A stretch of DNA of 64,000 nucleotides from Candidatus Anderseniibacteriota bacterium (GCA_040900375.1 JBBDZC010000008.1:2182-66181), one strand, 5' to 3'; positions 41,459-52,416 are shown, counted from the first letter of the stretch. The notes: generated by a model not told the origin, from the letters alone. Translations and numbers: made by a program.

Positions 41459-43576
41459 TTGCGCTACACTAGAGCGATGCCAGAAGATTTGCTCGCCTCT
41501 CTCAATGACAAGCAGCAACAAGTAGTCCAGGCAACTAATGGGCCGGTCTTAGTTTTGGCGGGAGCAGGCTCGGGCAAGACACGGGCGTTAACGCACCGGA
41601 TTGCTTATCTACTAGCCCAACGTCTGGCTCAAGCCGAAGAAATTATGGCTGTCACGTTTACTAATAAAGCAGCCCGGGAGATGCGCGAGCGCGTGGCGCA
41701 GTTGGTGGGCCAACCTCACGTCCCGCCAGCGATTGGTACGTTTCATAGCCTCGGCGCTCGACTCCTGCGAACCCACTACCGCGCTACAAATCGCTCGGCT
41801 AGCTTTACGATCTGTGATACGAATGACAGTGAACAACTGATTAAAAAAGCTCTGCATGAGCAGGGTTTGAGTTCTAAAGAATGGCAACCGCGCACTATCC
41901 GACAAGAGATTTCTCGTGCTAAAAATACACTGCTCACCCCGGCAGAGATGAGTGATAAGAGCGCGAGCCCACTGGAGGAGGTGGTGGCGATCATCTACAC
42001 CCGCTACCAAGCTCTCTTGCAGCGCAATGATGCGTATGATTTTGATGATCTCATTGGAGAAGCAATTCGGCTCTTGGCGGGGCATGACCAGATTCGCCAG
42101 TTATACCGGCAGCGCTGGCGCTATCTCTCGGTTGATGAGTACCAAGATACCAATGCTTCACAAGAACATCTTTTGCAACTACTAACAGGTCCAGAAAAAA
42201 ATCTCTGCGTGGTGGGCGATGACTACCAAGCGATCTATTCCTGGCGGGGCGCCCAGGTCGATCATATCCTACGCTTTGCGGAAACATGGGCACCCTGTAC
42301 GACAATTTACCTTACCCAGAATTATCGTTCGACACCCTCGATTTTGCAGGCCGCCAATCACATTATTGCGGAAAATACGGCGCAGAAACACAAAAAATTA
42401 TGGACGGCGCAGCGAGCGGGGCCGCCCGTGGTTGTGCTAGCGCTCTCGTCAGACCAGGCCGAAGCTATCTGGGTTCGGCAGCAAATTGAGCAACACATAG
42501 CTGCCGGCAAGCGGGCAGCAGAGTGGGTGATTTTGTATCGTACCAATGCCCAGTCACGCTTACTTGAAGAACAGTTCATCAGACACCGCCTGGCTTACAC
42601 TATTATCGGTGGCTTTCGCTTCTATGATCGCCGGGAAGTTAAAGATGCCATGGCTTTGCTCCAGCTCTGGGTCAACCCGGCCGCCAGTTTGGCGCTCCAA
42701 CGACTGATACGCTCTCTTGGACCGGGCATTGGGCCAAAGACGCTGCAACGCTTGGAACTTCAGGCCGAGAGGCTCCGCCTGCCCCTCCTTGATACAGTTG
42801 CTCAACCTGGTGTCGCCACGAAGCGCCAACAAACCGTCTTAGCCGTATTGCGCACTGCTTTCCAGCGAGCACGAGACCAGCAGTTTGCCACGGTCGCTGA
42901 TCTCCTACAGTATCTCGTCCAGACCTCGGGATATCGCACCTGGCTCCAACAGCAGAGTGATGGTCAAGAACGCTGGGAAAACATCGAAGAGCTTTTTAAT
43001 GTGGCTGCACTCTCCACCGACGTCCGCCAATTCGTCGAGGAGATTGCCTTGATGAGTGATCTCGATGAAGCGGCCACCGACGACCGTGTCACCTGCATGA
43101 CTTTGCATGCCGCAAAGGGTCTGGAGTTTAACCATGTCTGTATCGTCGGGTGCGAAGAAGGTCTCTTGCCCCATAACAATAGCTTCGGTACACTCACAGC
43201 CTTAGAAGAAGAGCGGCGGCTGCTCTATGTTGGCATGACCCGTGCCAAAGCTTCTCTGACATTAACCCATGCCGCGACGCGAGCCGTGCGCGGTGAAGTT
43301 CTCCCCCAGGCACCGTCGCGATTCTTACAAGCGTTACCGGCAGCGGTCCAGTGGCATGACACGGCTGACACCCCAACTCAACACGATGATTTTGGCCTTC
43401 AGTATGGCGGCACTAGTGAGCCAGTCAGTATCGGACTGGACGTGGGCGATTTTGTTACCCATCCGGTATTTGGGCGAGGCGTAGTAATTCAAACGGCGGG
43501 GACGTTGCTGACGTGCGTGTTTCAAGGATATGGTGTGAAAACAATCGACAGTGGGATTATACCTTTACTTAAGTGA
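41459..43576 (+). CDS. pcrA: UvrD/PcrA-family ATP-dependent DNA helicase.
   Basis: LNDKQQQVVQATNGPVLVLAGAGSGKTRALTHRIAYLL (motif I), DEYQDTN (motif II), C-terminal GDFVTHPVFGRGVV. Confidence 0.9.
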   Translation: MRYTRAMPEDLLASLNDKQQQVVQATNGPVLVLAGAGSGKTRALTHRIAYLLAQRLAQAEEIMAVTFTNKAAREMRERVAQLVGQPHVPPAIGTFHSLGARLLRTHYRATNRSASFTICDTNDSEQLIKKALHEQGLSSKEWQPRTIRQEISRAKNTLLTPAEMSDKSASPLEEVVAIIYTRYQALLQRNDAYDFDDLIGEAIRLLAGHDQIRQLYRQRWRYLSVDEYQDTNASQEHLLQLLTGPEKNLCVVGDDYQAIYSWRGAQVDHILRFAETWAPCTTIYLTQNYRSTPSILQAANHIIAENTAQKHKKLWTAQRAGPPVVVLALSSDQAEAIWVRQQIEQHIAAGKRAAEWVILYRTNAQSRLLEEQFIRHRLAYTIIGGFRFYDRREVKDAMALLQLWVNPAASLALQRLIRSLGPGIGPKTLQRLELQAERLRLPLLDTVAQPGVATKRQQTVLAVLRTAFQRARDQQFATVADLLQYLVQTSGYRTWLQQQSDGQERWENIEELFNVAALSTDVRQFVEEIALMSDLDEAATDDRVTCMTLHAAKGLEFNHVCIVGCEEGLLPHNNSFGTLTALEEERRLLYVGMTRAKASLTLTHAATRAVRGEVLPQAPSRFLQALPAAVQWHDTADTPTQHDDFGLQYGGTSEPVSIGLDVGDFVTHPVFGRGVVIQTAGTLLTCVFQGYGVKTIDSGIIPLLK

Positions 43577-43596
43577 CCTCGCGTTTCACCTGATGT

Positions 43597-44430
43597 ATGT
43601 TGAGAACCTCTCTTACTGATATAGCGTATCTCAAGCGTGTTTTGCACCAGGCGGACTTTACCCCGGCCCGCAGTGCCGGCCAAAATTTTCTTATCTGCGC
43701 CGAGGTCACTGAAGCAGTGCTGGCAGCGACCGCCGCGGGGCCATCGCGCCTGACTGAACTCGGTGCGGGCATAGGTCCCCTCACGCAAGCTTTGAGCGAA
43801 GCTGGTAAATGGGTGCGGGCGATTGAACGTGATCCCCGCTTAAGCACTATTCTGAAAGACCATCTGCCGAAGAAGCGCTACCCTCATCTGCAGGTGATTG
43901 TGGAAGACCTGCGCACCACCACCTGGACGTGGGCCAAGCCGTACCAACTAGTGGGTAACATTCCGTATAATCTCTCGGGCTTCATTCTCCGCCGTATAAC
44001 CCAACTGGAGCCTGCCCCCTCGCAGGTTGTCTTGCTCTTGCAGCAAGAAGTGGGGGAGCGCCTGCTCGCCACACCACCCCACATGCAGCTCTTGAGTGTC
44101 GCGGTGCAACTCTGGGGAACCGTGCAACTGCTGCTCAATGTTCCCAAATCGTGCTTCTGGCCCGCGCCGCTCGTTAACTCCCAGCTTCTTCTGCTCATGC
44201 CGCACGCAACACCTCTTGTGCCGTCGGCAGAGCGAGAAGCAGTGGTCGGCCTAGCGAAACAGTTTTTCCAGCAGCGACGCAAACAGATTGGTGGCACCCT
44301 GGCCCACATTACCGGGCAAACAAAAATGGCTACCGGCGCGGCGCTCAAGCGGCTGGGCATAGCACCCACGCAGCGCCCCCAGGAACTTTCGCTCGCGCAG
44401 TGGGAAAAGCTCTACCGCTACTTAAAGTAG
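43597..44430 (+). CDS. rsmA: 16S rRNA (adenine1518/1519-N6)-dimethyltransferase RsmA/KsgA.
   Basis: SAGQNFLICAEV...ELGAGIGPLTQAL...NIPYNLSG. Confidence 0.9.
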   Translation: MLRTSLTDIAYLKRVLHQADFTPARSAGQNFLICAEVTEAVLAATAAGPSRLTELGAGIGPLTQALSEAGKWVRAIERDPRLSTILKDHLPKKRYPHLQVIVEDLRTTTWTWAKPYQLVGNIPYNLSGFILRRITQLEPAPSQVVLLLQQEVGERLLATPPHMQLLSVAVQLWGTVQLLLNVPKSCFWPAPLVNSQLLLLMPHATPLVPSAEREAVVGLAKQFFQQRRKQIGGTLAHITGQTKMATGAALKRLGIAPTQRPQELSLAQWEKLYRYLK

Positions 44431-44486
44431 GGAAAGCCCTGCATAGATTTGTCACTCTGCGGGTGATATACTCGGCATAAGGTCAT

Positions 44487-45449
44487 ATGCCCAGACGTCT
44501 TATCATTGGCATTTTAGTGGTGTTGATCCTTGGTATTATTGGCGGTACCGTGGTTTTAATTGTGCAACGCTTTCGGGGAGAAGAGGACGGGGAATTGGCG
44601 ACTCTCCCGGACACCCTGCCGACCGCGGAGCAAGGTCAGCAACAGATCGTTAATCCGAATGGGGATGATGACAATGATGGCCTGACGAACGCCCAAGAAG
44701 TAGTATGGGGGACTGACCCCCGCAACCCCGATACGGATGGCGATGGTTATACAGATGGCGAGGAAGTCGCGGCGAACCATAACCCCACCATTCCGGCGCC
44801 AAATGATTTACTGCCGGCGGGTTTTACACCGGGGCAAGATTTACGTCCTCTCGACGAAGCTCCCTTGCAAGTTGACCAATTTTTCGTCGAGAACCTTAAT
44901 GTTCAGCCCGACCCCCGCAACCTGACCGAAGAATACAACCGGCAATTTTCCCAGGCCGAGCGGACGCAAGAGACGCTGGTAACCTTTGCCCAGCAGCAGC
45001 CGATTATTACTAATTTACCGGCGCCGCGCCCGGGCGTGATTATTACCACGCAACGTGATTCACAATTAACGCTGGGGCACTACCTCGATACCGCCGGTGA
45101 CCTTGATATTCTCATTAATCGAACAGTCATCAGTGAAGTATTTAAAGATTTATTCGAAAACGACAACCCCGCGACTGCCTTAGGCCTCTCATCAGTAGTC
45201 CGCTCCCACCAGCAAGCCTTGCTGGATCTCCCCGTGCCCCCGGCAGCGGTGGAACTACATAAACTCTTACTCGGCTTTACCGAGCTTCTAGCAGCAACCT
45301 ACGAACAAATGGGTAGCTGGAATGAAGATCCTGTCAAAGCCATGGTAGCAATTAACCAACTCGATACCATTGATCGTAAATATACTCCCTTGATTCGGAC
45401 AGAGATTGATCGCTTAGGACAACTTGCCGACTCACTTGCGCCTAACTAA
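44487..45449 (+). CDS. N-terminally anchored protein with TSP3-like Ca-binding repeat module. Paralog of 47479..48366. First gene of the T4SS-like operon.
   Basis: TM LIIGILVVLILGIIGGTVVLIV. NPNGDDDNDGLTNAQEVVWGTDPRNPDTDGDGYTDGEEVAANHNP. Confidence 0.65.
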   Translation: MPRRLIIGILVVLILGIIGGTVVLIVQRFRGEEDGELATLPDTLPTAEQGQQQIVNPNGDDDNDGLTNAQEVVWGTDPRNPDTDGDGYTDGEEVAANHNPTIPAPNDLLPAGFTPGQDLRPLDEAPLQVDQFFVENLNVQPDPRNLTEEYNRQFSQAERTQETLVTFAQQQPIITNLPAPRPGVIITTQRDSQLTLGHYLDTAGDLDILINRTVISEVFKDLFENDNPATALGLSSVVRSHQQALLDLPVPPAAVELHKLLLGFTELLAATYEQMGSWNEDPVKAMVAINQLDTIDRKYTPLIRTEIDRLGQLADSLAPN

Positions 45450-45458
45450 GCGGCACCT

Positions 45459-47456
45459 ATGATGTCAGCATTGTGGGGCGTGTGGAGCATACTAACCACC
45501 ACGTTTGTGATGCCCTTCGCGCTTTCTCTTGAGCCACTCGCCTTAAGCCTGGCACACGACGTCAACTTTCCCCAGTACATTGCGGCCCAATTGCTCTCCG
45601 CCCCCTTTTCTACCGACCCGCGAGCGGCAGCCGGTCACGTGGCGGCGGTGACCACGGGGAGACCTGACCCCCAGGTTTTTATTGTTAACAACTCCCTGTG
45701 CACCGCCGTCGATGACAATTTGTCCTACCAAGTTATTGTCCGCAACTACGGCGATGTATCGGCCGAGAATGTAACGGTTCAATTTCAACACCCCCAGGGA
45801 ACCAACTTCCGCGACGCTGACCCTAAGCCCAGCCGTGAGTTGGCCGTGGAGCGGTTGGTAGAATGGTTTACGCCAGTGCTGCTGCCCGGCGGCTCACTGC
45901 CCGCCCCCGGCGCTTACTTCTCCAACGCTGTTATTATTACGGTTGATACGCCGTCGTCGAGCGTCACGGTTCGGGTAACTGTCTTCTATAATGGGGGGAT
46001 TGTCCTCAGTGACCATACTATTAACGGCACGTGCGGCGTGCCGTTAGTTGCCCCCGAAGCCTTACCGGCTTCACCCCAGCCGGCCATTGTGTGTGATCCG
46101 GGAGAAATTGGCTGTCGCAGTACGGTGCAGGATCTCCGCCTGAAGCTAGGGGAAAACTACTCGCGCGCGCTGACTGATGCCACCAAGGGTTTTGTGAATT
46201 GTTCAGGTGCGGGCTGCAGCCAACCAGATTTAGGGCCTCGCTTCCAGGAGGCTGTCGCAGATATTATCCCCGGTGATTGCCGGGTGATTGAAGACAATGT
46301 TATCAGCACTCCGCAATTTCAAGATGCGTTAAACCGCCGGGCTGATCCCGCGGCGGCCTACCTGTTCCCTCTGTACGAGAGTGGTCAAGATTTTCAAGAA
46401 CTGACAGCAGCGAATGAGCTACTCGGGATTACTCACTTCCAACGTGTCCGCAATCAGTTGGAAGATACCCATAAGGCTAATTGGCGCGAGTTCTTTGAAA
46501 TTATCAACGACGTTTTTACCCAAAAAATTACGCCTGATGAAGCGTTGGGTAAATACAATGCGGCTGTGCCACAGTGGCAGCAACGCGTCGCCAATTTACA
46601 TGGAGGTTTTTTAAGTGATTACCACAGTACGCGCGACCAAAAAAAGGCAAAATTTCAACCGGTGGCTGACACGGCGACTGCGAATGCTAAAGAATCGCTC
46701 CTACTTGCCTGCGGCCCGCCAGAAAATGACGGTGGTTTGGTGGCCTCGCTGCCCGCCGTGCAACTGGCGTACACCACGGCTCTCGACAACCGAGCGGCGG
46801 CGTATCCGGCGACACAAAGTGATAGCTTGGCAAGCTACGGTAATTATCTAGGAGCAGTCGGCGTCAAGTTCGGGCAGGCACTTAACGATTACAAAAATGG
46901 CAATGAAAGCTCTTTACGGGATTTTCCTGATCGTATTCCGCAATTACCCACCACTGCGTACCAGGCTCTGGGGGCGCCTTACGACAACCATGGGAAACTC
47001 GATGAAGAGAGCGATCAAGCGATTCGACTGCAGCAGTGGGAAGTGGCGCTCGATACGCCAAAGGCCCTGGCGACAACGTGCGAGAGAGAAAATGTTTTTG
47101 CCCCGCCCATAGCGACAACCTGGTGTGAGTCGGGTAGTAAACCCGAGTTTATTATCCAAGAAGCGCCACCGCCAGTACGCCGCGATGTTAGGCCGCCGGT
47201 GCCGATCAACGGGGGAATCACAGCAATTAACCCCAGTAGTGTCAGTGGGATAGCCTGCGGCGGGCAAGCGGGGGACCCGTACTGGGAAGCCAGCTGCCTC
47301 TGTCACTGCGGCCAGTCAGTCCAGTGCGGCAATAGCGTTACGTTGTGCGAACTCTGCTATCCTATCACCCGTCATGATATTTTTGTGACTTCGAACCTCG
47401 AGTGTCTCTGGGATGGCCCGCCTGATGGTTTCCGCCACAAAGATCCTTACTTTTAA
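45459..47456 (+). CDS. Large secreted protein (665 aa) with a DUF11/CARDB-like beta domain and a Cys-rich C-terminus, hypothetical.
   Basis: Signal/anchor. YQVIVRNYGDVSAENVTVQFQHPQGTNF (DUF11-like pattern). C-terminal CGGQAGDPYWEASCLCHCGQSVQCGNSVTLCELC. Confidence 0.6.
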   Translation: MMSALWGVWSILTTTFVMPFALSLEPLALSLAHDVNFPQYIAAQLLSAPFSTDPRAAAGHVAAVTTGRPDPQVFIVNNSLCTAVDDNLSYQVIVRNYGDVSAENVTVQFQHPQGTNFRDADPKPSRELAVERLVEWFTPVLLPGGSLPAPGAYFSNAVIITVDTPSSSVTVRVTVFYNGGIVLSDHTINGTCGVPLVAPEALPASPQPAIVCDPGEIGCRSTVQDLRLKLGENYSRALTDATKGFVNCSGAGCSQPDLGPRFQEAVADIIPGDCRVIEDNVISTPQFQDALNRRADPAAAYLFPLYESGQDFQELTAANELLGITHFQRVRNQLEDTHKANWREFFEIINDVFTQKITPDEALGKYNAAVPQWQQRVANLHGGFLSDYHSTRDQKKAKFQPVADTATANAKESLLLACGPPENDGGLVASLPAVQLAYTTALDNRAAAYPATQSDSLASYGNYLGAVGVKFGQALNDYKNGNESSLRDFPDRIPQLPTTAYQALGAPYDNHGKLDEESDQAIRLQQWEVALDTPKALATTCERENVFAPPIATTWCESGSKPEFIIQEAPPPVRRDVRPPVPINGGITAINPSSVSGIACGGQAGDPYWEASCLCHCGQSVQCGNSVTLCELCYPITRHDIFVTSNLECLWDGPPDGFRHKDPYF

Positions 47457-47478
47457 GGTGTGATACACTTATAGGAGT

Positions 47479-48366
47479 ATGAATGCCACGAATGCCCTTG
47501 GTTTAAAGATGGTCGGGTTAACTAGCGCCATACTTCTTTTATTAGGAGGTTTATGGTGGGGCGGCCGCTACCTGCTGCGACCCGATACCACACCCGCGGC
47601 CACGCCGCTGGCGCAAGGAAGCTTACCTAACGAACGCACTGATAGTGACGGCGATGGGTTGCCCGACAAATTCGAGAGCATCTATCGCACTGATCCTCAT
47701 AACCCCGATACAGATGGCGATGGTGTTAGTGACTATGACGAAATTGCCCAGGGGCGGGACCCAGCCGTGGCGGGTACCCAGGACGAGGTTAAACCGGCGA
47801 CTGGCGAGAACATAACAGCGCTCACGACCTTCACCGAGCGCTACCTCGCGCAACTGCCGACTGCAATCACGCGAGATGACATAATGCAACAAGACCGACT
47901 CGAAGCTTTTGTGAGCCTCAACAAAGGACCGCTCCTCTCCACGCGACCCTCCACGGCAGTGCACACTAGCCCGGCCACCGGTCAAGAAGCTGTTGAGAGC
48001 TATCTTAATAGTATTTCGGCTGTGCACAATGCCCAGTTGCAACCAGTAACCAACGCCGACATTCAACAGGCCGTCACCCTCCAGCTCCAAGGTCAGCCTG
48101 ACACTATTGTGGGAATGACCCATAAGCTCGAGAAAAATTTACAAATTCTCCAAGGGGTAGCGGCGCCCACCGAAGTCGTGGCCCTTCACACCAAGCTCCT
48201 GGCAGCTACGGAATCGCTTCTGGGTAATACCCGCCTGCTCGCCGATATGAAAAATGATTTTGTGGGCGGCTTGATCGGGTCAAAGAATATTGAGGAATTA
48301 GGTCCGGTTTTTCAGCAAATTACCCAGGAAGTACAGGCGCTCGAGACCAAGTACGGCCTGGAATAG
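47479..48366 (+). CDS. N-terminally anchored TSP3-like Ca-binding repeat protein. Paralog of 44487..45449.
   Basis: DSDGDGLPDKFESIYRTDPHNPDTDGDGVSDYDEIAQGRDP. C-terminal region alignable to the 44487 protein (VALHTKLLAATESLL vs VELHKLLLGFTELLA). Confidence 0.65.
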   Translation: MNATNALGLKMVGLTSAILLLLGGLWWGGRYLLRPDTTPAATPLAQGSLPNERTDSDGDGLPDKFESIYRTDPHNPDTDGDGVSDYDEIAQGRDPAVAGTQDEVKPATGENITALTTFTERYLAQLPTAITRDDIMQQDRLEAFVSLNKGPLLSTRPSTAVHTSPATGQEAVESYLNSISAVHNAQLQPVTNADIQQAVTLQLQGQPDTIVGMTHKLEKNLQILQGVAAPTEVVALHTKLLAATESLLGNTRLLADMKNDFVGGLIGSKNIEELGPVFQQITQEVQALETKYGLE

Positions 48367-48397
48367 CTTAACGAAATAGTGGGGGCGTGACTACACC

Positions 48398-49963
48398 TTG
48401 TTTCCTAAAAGTTGTAAACTGAAGCCTATGATCCCTCCTTCACGAGTGGCTAGGTTGAGGTACCGCCAACTATACCGCACCGCCAGCATCAGCCTGCTGG
48501 GCGCCGTGGTGGCTTTACTGGTACTCCTTACGTCGCCGGTAGCCCGCGCTGACCCACATGCCCTCTTCTACACCACGGTTGGCCAACAACAGCTCTTCTT
48601 TAATACACTCGCCGCACTCGATCAGGCGGATTACGTAGAGACCGAGCAGTTGCGGCAGCAGCTCGTGGACGCACGCCAAGCAGCAGCTGAAGCTAACCGG
48701 GCGGGAGAAACTTTCACCGGCATTACGGAAGACCCGGTGATTAGTGAAACACGCACGAACCAGCCAGCAATTTTAACGCGTCCCCTGACGCTTGAAGGAG
48801 ACGATGCGTATACCGCCCAACAAGCTTATAACCACGCCATTGAAGTGGCGCGGCGCACTGCTGTTACTGATCTTGTCACCCGCGTTTTCTGCCAACGAGC
48901 ACTCGGCCGCGAAAAATGTAGTGAGCTGGCAGGCGCTGTGGGCAAGCGCAGTTTCGGTTTCGTGCCAGATCCTCTGAAATGGAAAGCCAATGCTTTTATC
49001 CATGGGACGTTGGGGGCACTGCTATCGGGTACGCCGGAAGATGACCAGATACGAGAAGACTTGGTGAAAAATAAAGATAACTATGAAATTGGCCGCATCT
49101 ATGATCCGGCAATTGCCAGCCTCCGCAGTAAAGTCAGTGGTGATGCCGAAAAGGAAAAAATGCTCGAGGCTGCTTTAGAACAAACGGCGCTTTCTTTTTT
49201 ACCCCCGCCCGTGAATGGCAATGTCTACGACGGCTTAGAGATTGATGCCGATGGCACTGTTAACCTAGCGGTGGCACCGGGCGGGAATGGTAATTTGGCG
49301 CTGGCGGCACTTGAGCCCACTGACGCTGGCTACTCGGCGGTCTGGGAGAAAAAAATGTACGAGCTGATAGAATTCCCCTGGATTCTTAAGGTAACTGGCG
49401 AGGCTGCCGCTAAGAACATCGAAACGATTGCGGCCACCCTAGAAGAGCAGGGTGAGGTAGCCGACATCAGAAAACTTGTCGATGGGCAAAAAGTCTGTAC
49501 TGGTGAGACTTGCAAAATCAGTAAGGGTGATATTTTACCCACGATTGAGGTACCGGCAGCGGCCAAGATCGCTCAAGTATACGCCTTAGCTAACGTACTC
49601 GGCACACTCGACAGCACGATCGTGCACGCCGTGCCGGATACTATTGCCTCGCCCGCCGGGCAGAACCGCCTGGTCAAACAAACCGGTTTAGTGGAGGGTA
49701 TTCAAACCTCGGTGGAAGCAGGAGATAGTACTGGCCAAGTCGCCGGCGAGATAACCTTTGACTCGACTGACTATAGCCGCGCGCCGAGCCTGGGGGTGAA
49801 CCCCGTCATTCCGCACCGCGAGAGCGAACTAGCGCATGCGATTGAGGCGCTCTTTCCTGGGTTTGCCAGCGGTACAAATGCCTGCGGCTGCGGGTTGGCT
49901 GAAACAACAAATGATTTTGGCGCGGCCATTTTAGCAAAAATTAACCGCTTTACGCCGCTATGA
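48398..49963 (+). CDS. Large secreted hypothetical protein (521 aa) with N-terminal signal anchor.
   Basis: LLGAVVALLVLLTSPVARA signal. No recognised domain. Stop overlaps the start of the VirB6-like gene. Confidence 0.55.
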   Translation: MFPKSCKLKPMIPPSRVARLRYRQLYRTASISLLGAVVALLVLLTSPVARADPHALFYTTVGQQQLFFNTLAALDQADYVETEQLRQQLVDARQAAAEANRAGETFTGITEDPVISETRTNQPAILTRPLTLEGDDAYTAQQAYNHAIEVARRTAVTDLVTRVFCQRALGREKCSELAGAVGKRSFGFVPDPLKWKANAFIHGTLGALLSGTPEDDQIREDLVKNKDNYEIGRIYDPAIASLRSKVSGDAEKEKMLEAALEQTALSFLPPPVNGNVYDGLEIDADGTVNLAVAPGGNGNLALAALEPTDAGYSAVWEKKMYELIEFPWILKVTGEAAAKNIETIAATLEEQGEVADIRKLVDGQKVCTGETCKISKGDILPTIEVPAAAKIAQVYALANVLGTLDSTIVHAVPDTIASPAGQNRLVKQTGLVEGIQTSVEAGDSTGQVAGEITFDSTDYSRAPSLGVNPVIPHRESELAHAIEALFPGFASGTNACGCGLAETTNDFGAAILAKINRFTPL

Positions 49964-51894
49964 GGAGAGCTGGGTTACGAAAGCGAGTGCTGGGTACAGC
50001 TTGGCTCGTTGCTACAACCTTATATTTACTGACTCCGCCAGCCCAGGCCGTGCAAGTCCCGCCCGACTCGCTGCCACCAGCTCGAGTGGTCGCCGAAGAC
50101 CGCAGCACATTAACGCAGCAAGGCTGTATTGAACAGGTAGTTACCGAGAATATGGTTGATGTGCCGCCGGGCAAACCATATCGCGTGGCGGCGGCCGATC
50201 GTCTGCCGGGCACTCTCTTTTTCTGTGATCCCCAGGTGACCGCTCAACTTACTATCACACAAGGGCAGGTCGAAGGTGCTTTACTAAATGCATTTTGTGC
50301 GAGCTTGGGAGGCATTGTCGGAGGACCCTTGGGAGCCGGTTTAGGATTTTTAGGCTGTCAGGTGGGGGAAGTTGTAGTTAATAAAGTAGGAGCAGCAGTG
50401 GGCGAGACTGTTGCTGGGTGGGCGATTGATGCAATTCAAACACTGCTAAATTTTATTGCGGGTCTTGGTTTGTGGGTGCTAGCTCGAGCTTTAGAACTTG
50501 TTCAGTGGACTTTAGGTGCTAATCAGTTTATTACTAATCCCCTGGTTATCGCCGGCTGGCCGTTTATTCAAGGCCTCGCCAACATGGGTTTTATCCTAGC
50601 ACTCCTCTTTATCGCTTTCTCCACCACGCTCGGGATAGAAAACATGGGCGCGCGGCGGATGTTGCCACGGCTGCTCTTAGCCGCAATTTTGATCAACTTC
50701 AGCCTCATTATTAGCGGCGTCATTATTGATCTCACCAAAGTACTCATGGCAATTATGGCTACCACGTTGAGCCTCGGTGGTTTTTCATTGAACACCGTGA
50801 TGGCTTTCCTACAGCAAAATTCGCGCCTTTTGGAAATTACTGCCCTGCCTTTCGATACAGAAGGACTTAGTGCTGCCACATTGGCATTAGTTCAGATAGC
50901 CACTACAGCGTTGTTGATTTGGATTCTGGCAATTGCAGTAATCTGGCTCGCGATTGGTTTAATTATTCGCTATGTCATACTGGTATTTCTCCTCATTATT
51001 TCTCCGCTAGCATACTTGGCTTTTGCGTTCCCCAATGCGGGTGGTTTGGCTTCCCGATGGTGGCGAGAATTTTTCAAGTATGTCTTCTATGGACCAGTCG
51101 CTTTATTCTTCTTACTCATTGCTGCCCAAATTAATAGCCTCGGCAGTATCGCGTTATTCGGTGGTAGCAGTAGCATACTTCAGGACCTTCTTCTCTGGGC
51201 TCTCATGGTAGCCATGATCTTTGCGGCGGCAATTTTCAGCAAACAAGTGGGCGGCACAGTTGGTGTTATGGCCGTTAATTTTGTGAATAACAGAACAAAG
51301 CAGTTAGGACGAGGTGGTAGATGGGTAGGTCAAAAAGCAGCGGGTGCAGCCTATAAACGTAGTGGCATCAAAGACTTTGTGGATGAACGAAAAAAGTATA
51401 ATGAAAAACAGGAGCAGAAAAGAAGCAAAACATCGCTGGGGAGGCGCGTGGGTCAAGATTTCTATGCTTCACCAAAAAAGCGAGCAGAGACAGCCCAGGC
51501 AAGACAGGCAGCAGAGGATGTTAAAAAGGCTGGCGGTGGAGCTCCAGCTAATCACCCGGTCTTTACACCGCGTAATTTACGAAGTGAAGAAGTTGGTCGC
51601 GCTCTATCCTCACAACAAATTAGCACCATTATTGCTCAACCACCTTCAGCTGATAAATATAAACAAGTTTCCGCTATGGTGCAAAACATTGAAATCGTCA
51701 ATAATATGACAGCTGCGCATAAAGATGACATTATTGACGAGCTTCAAGATTTGTTAATGACTCCTCATGTTCCTGGGGCAGGACCGGCTGCTGTTGCTGA
51801 TCACGAGCAGGCTAAAAAAACAGCGCAACAAATACTAAATGAGTTCCATGCTACCAGGCGCCGTGCAGGTGAGCAGGGTTCTGAGAAAAAATGA
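49960..51894 (+). CDS. VirB6/TrbL-like polytopic membrane protein (putative T4SS inner-membrane channel component) with a long hydrophilic Lys-rich C-terminal tail.
   Basis: Signal plus about 8 TM helices with Trp/Pro-rich loops (GWPFIQGLANMGFILALLFIAF..., LLIWILAIAVIWLAIGLIIRYVILVFLLIISPLAYLAFAF). Position immediately upstream of PrgI/VirB4, as in Gram-positive T4SS loci. Confidence 0.5.
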   Translation: MRRAGLRKRVLGTAWLVATTLYLLTPPAQAVQVPPDSLPPARVVAEDRSTLTQQGCIEQVVTENMVDVPPGKPYRVAAADRLPGTLFFCDPQVTAQLTITQGQVEGALLNAFCASLGGIVGGPLGAGLGFLGCQVGEVVVNKVGAAVGETVAGWAIDAIQTLLNFIAGLGLWVLARALELVQWTLGANQFITNPLVIAGWPFIQGLANMGFILALLFIAFSTTLGIENMGARRMLPRLLLAAILINFSLIISGVIIDLTKVLMAIMATTLSLGGFSLNTVMAFLQQNSRLLEITALPFDTEGLSAATLALVQIATTALLIWILAIAVIWLAIGLIIRYVILVFLLIISPLAYLAFAFPNAGGLASRWWREFFKYVFYGPVALFFLLIAAQINSLGSIALFGGSSSILQDLLLWALMVAMIFAAAIFSKQVGGTVGVMAVNFVNNRTKQLGRGGRWVGQKAAGAAYKRSGIKDFVDERKKYNEKQEQKRSKTSLGRRVGQDFYASPKKRAETAQARQAAEDVKKAGGGAPANHPVFTPRNLRSEEVGRALSSQQISTIIAQPPSADKYKQVSAMVQNIEIVNNMTAAHKDDIIDELQDLLMTPHVPGAGPAAVADHEQAKKTAQQILNEFHATRRRAGEQGSEKK

Positions 51895-52397
51895 TGCAAG
51901 ACGATACATACAAAAGTAGGCCAGTGGGATCACTATTAACACGCGAGCGCAGTGAAGAAGAGCGCTACTTGAATGAGTTGCCTGATTTGCCACCAAGTTT
52001 GATATCTCTACTGATGTCAGCTAAAACAGGAGCTTTTATCCGTGGCTTGGTAAGAAATTATGACCTAGCCCTCGAAAAAGCGGCTATGATTGCTTTTATG
52101 GTTTTACAAATCAGCTTTGGTGAAAAAACATTACTACAATTATCTACCATGCTGGCATCTGATCTACAGCTGCCACTTGAAAAAGCACAGTCCATGGCCC
52201 AAGAAATTGAACGTGAACTCTTTGCGCCCATTATGCTGGAACTCAATGCGTATCTCACCCAGAAAAGAAAAATTACAGGCGGTAGCACCAGTACGCCAGT
52301 CTCGTCATCCCCGAGTGCTGCCGGCGGCGCGCGCAATGTGCTGGACCTCAAAAGTCAGCCGCGGCCACCACAGCCACCGGCAATCCCTCAACGATAA
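51891..52397 (+). CDS. Hypothetical protein with Ser/Thr/Pro-rich C-terminal tail, within the T4SS-like operon.
   Basis: 168 aa. Overlaps the upstream stop (ATGA). Confidence 0.45.
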   Translation: MMQDDTYKSRPVGSLLTRERSEEERYLNELPDLPPSLISLLMSAKTGAFIRGLVRNYDLALEKAAMIAFMVLQISFGEKTLLQLSTMLASDLQLPLEKAQSMAQEIERELFAPIMLELNAYLTQKRKITGGSTSTPVSSSPSAAGGARNVLDLKSQPRPPQPPAIPQR

Positions 52398-52416
52398 TTG
52401 GTAATCTGTACTACGT

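Noticed and set aside
41612-43376. Multiple antisense or alternative-frame ORFs inside pcrA (e.g. 41612..42085, 42905..43174).
   Set aside because: Embedded in a well-supported helicase gene with conserved motifs.
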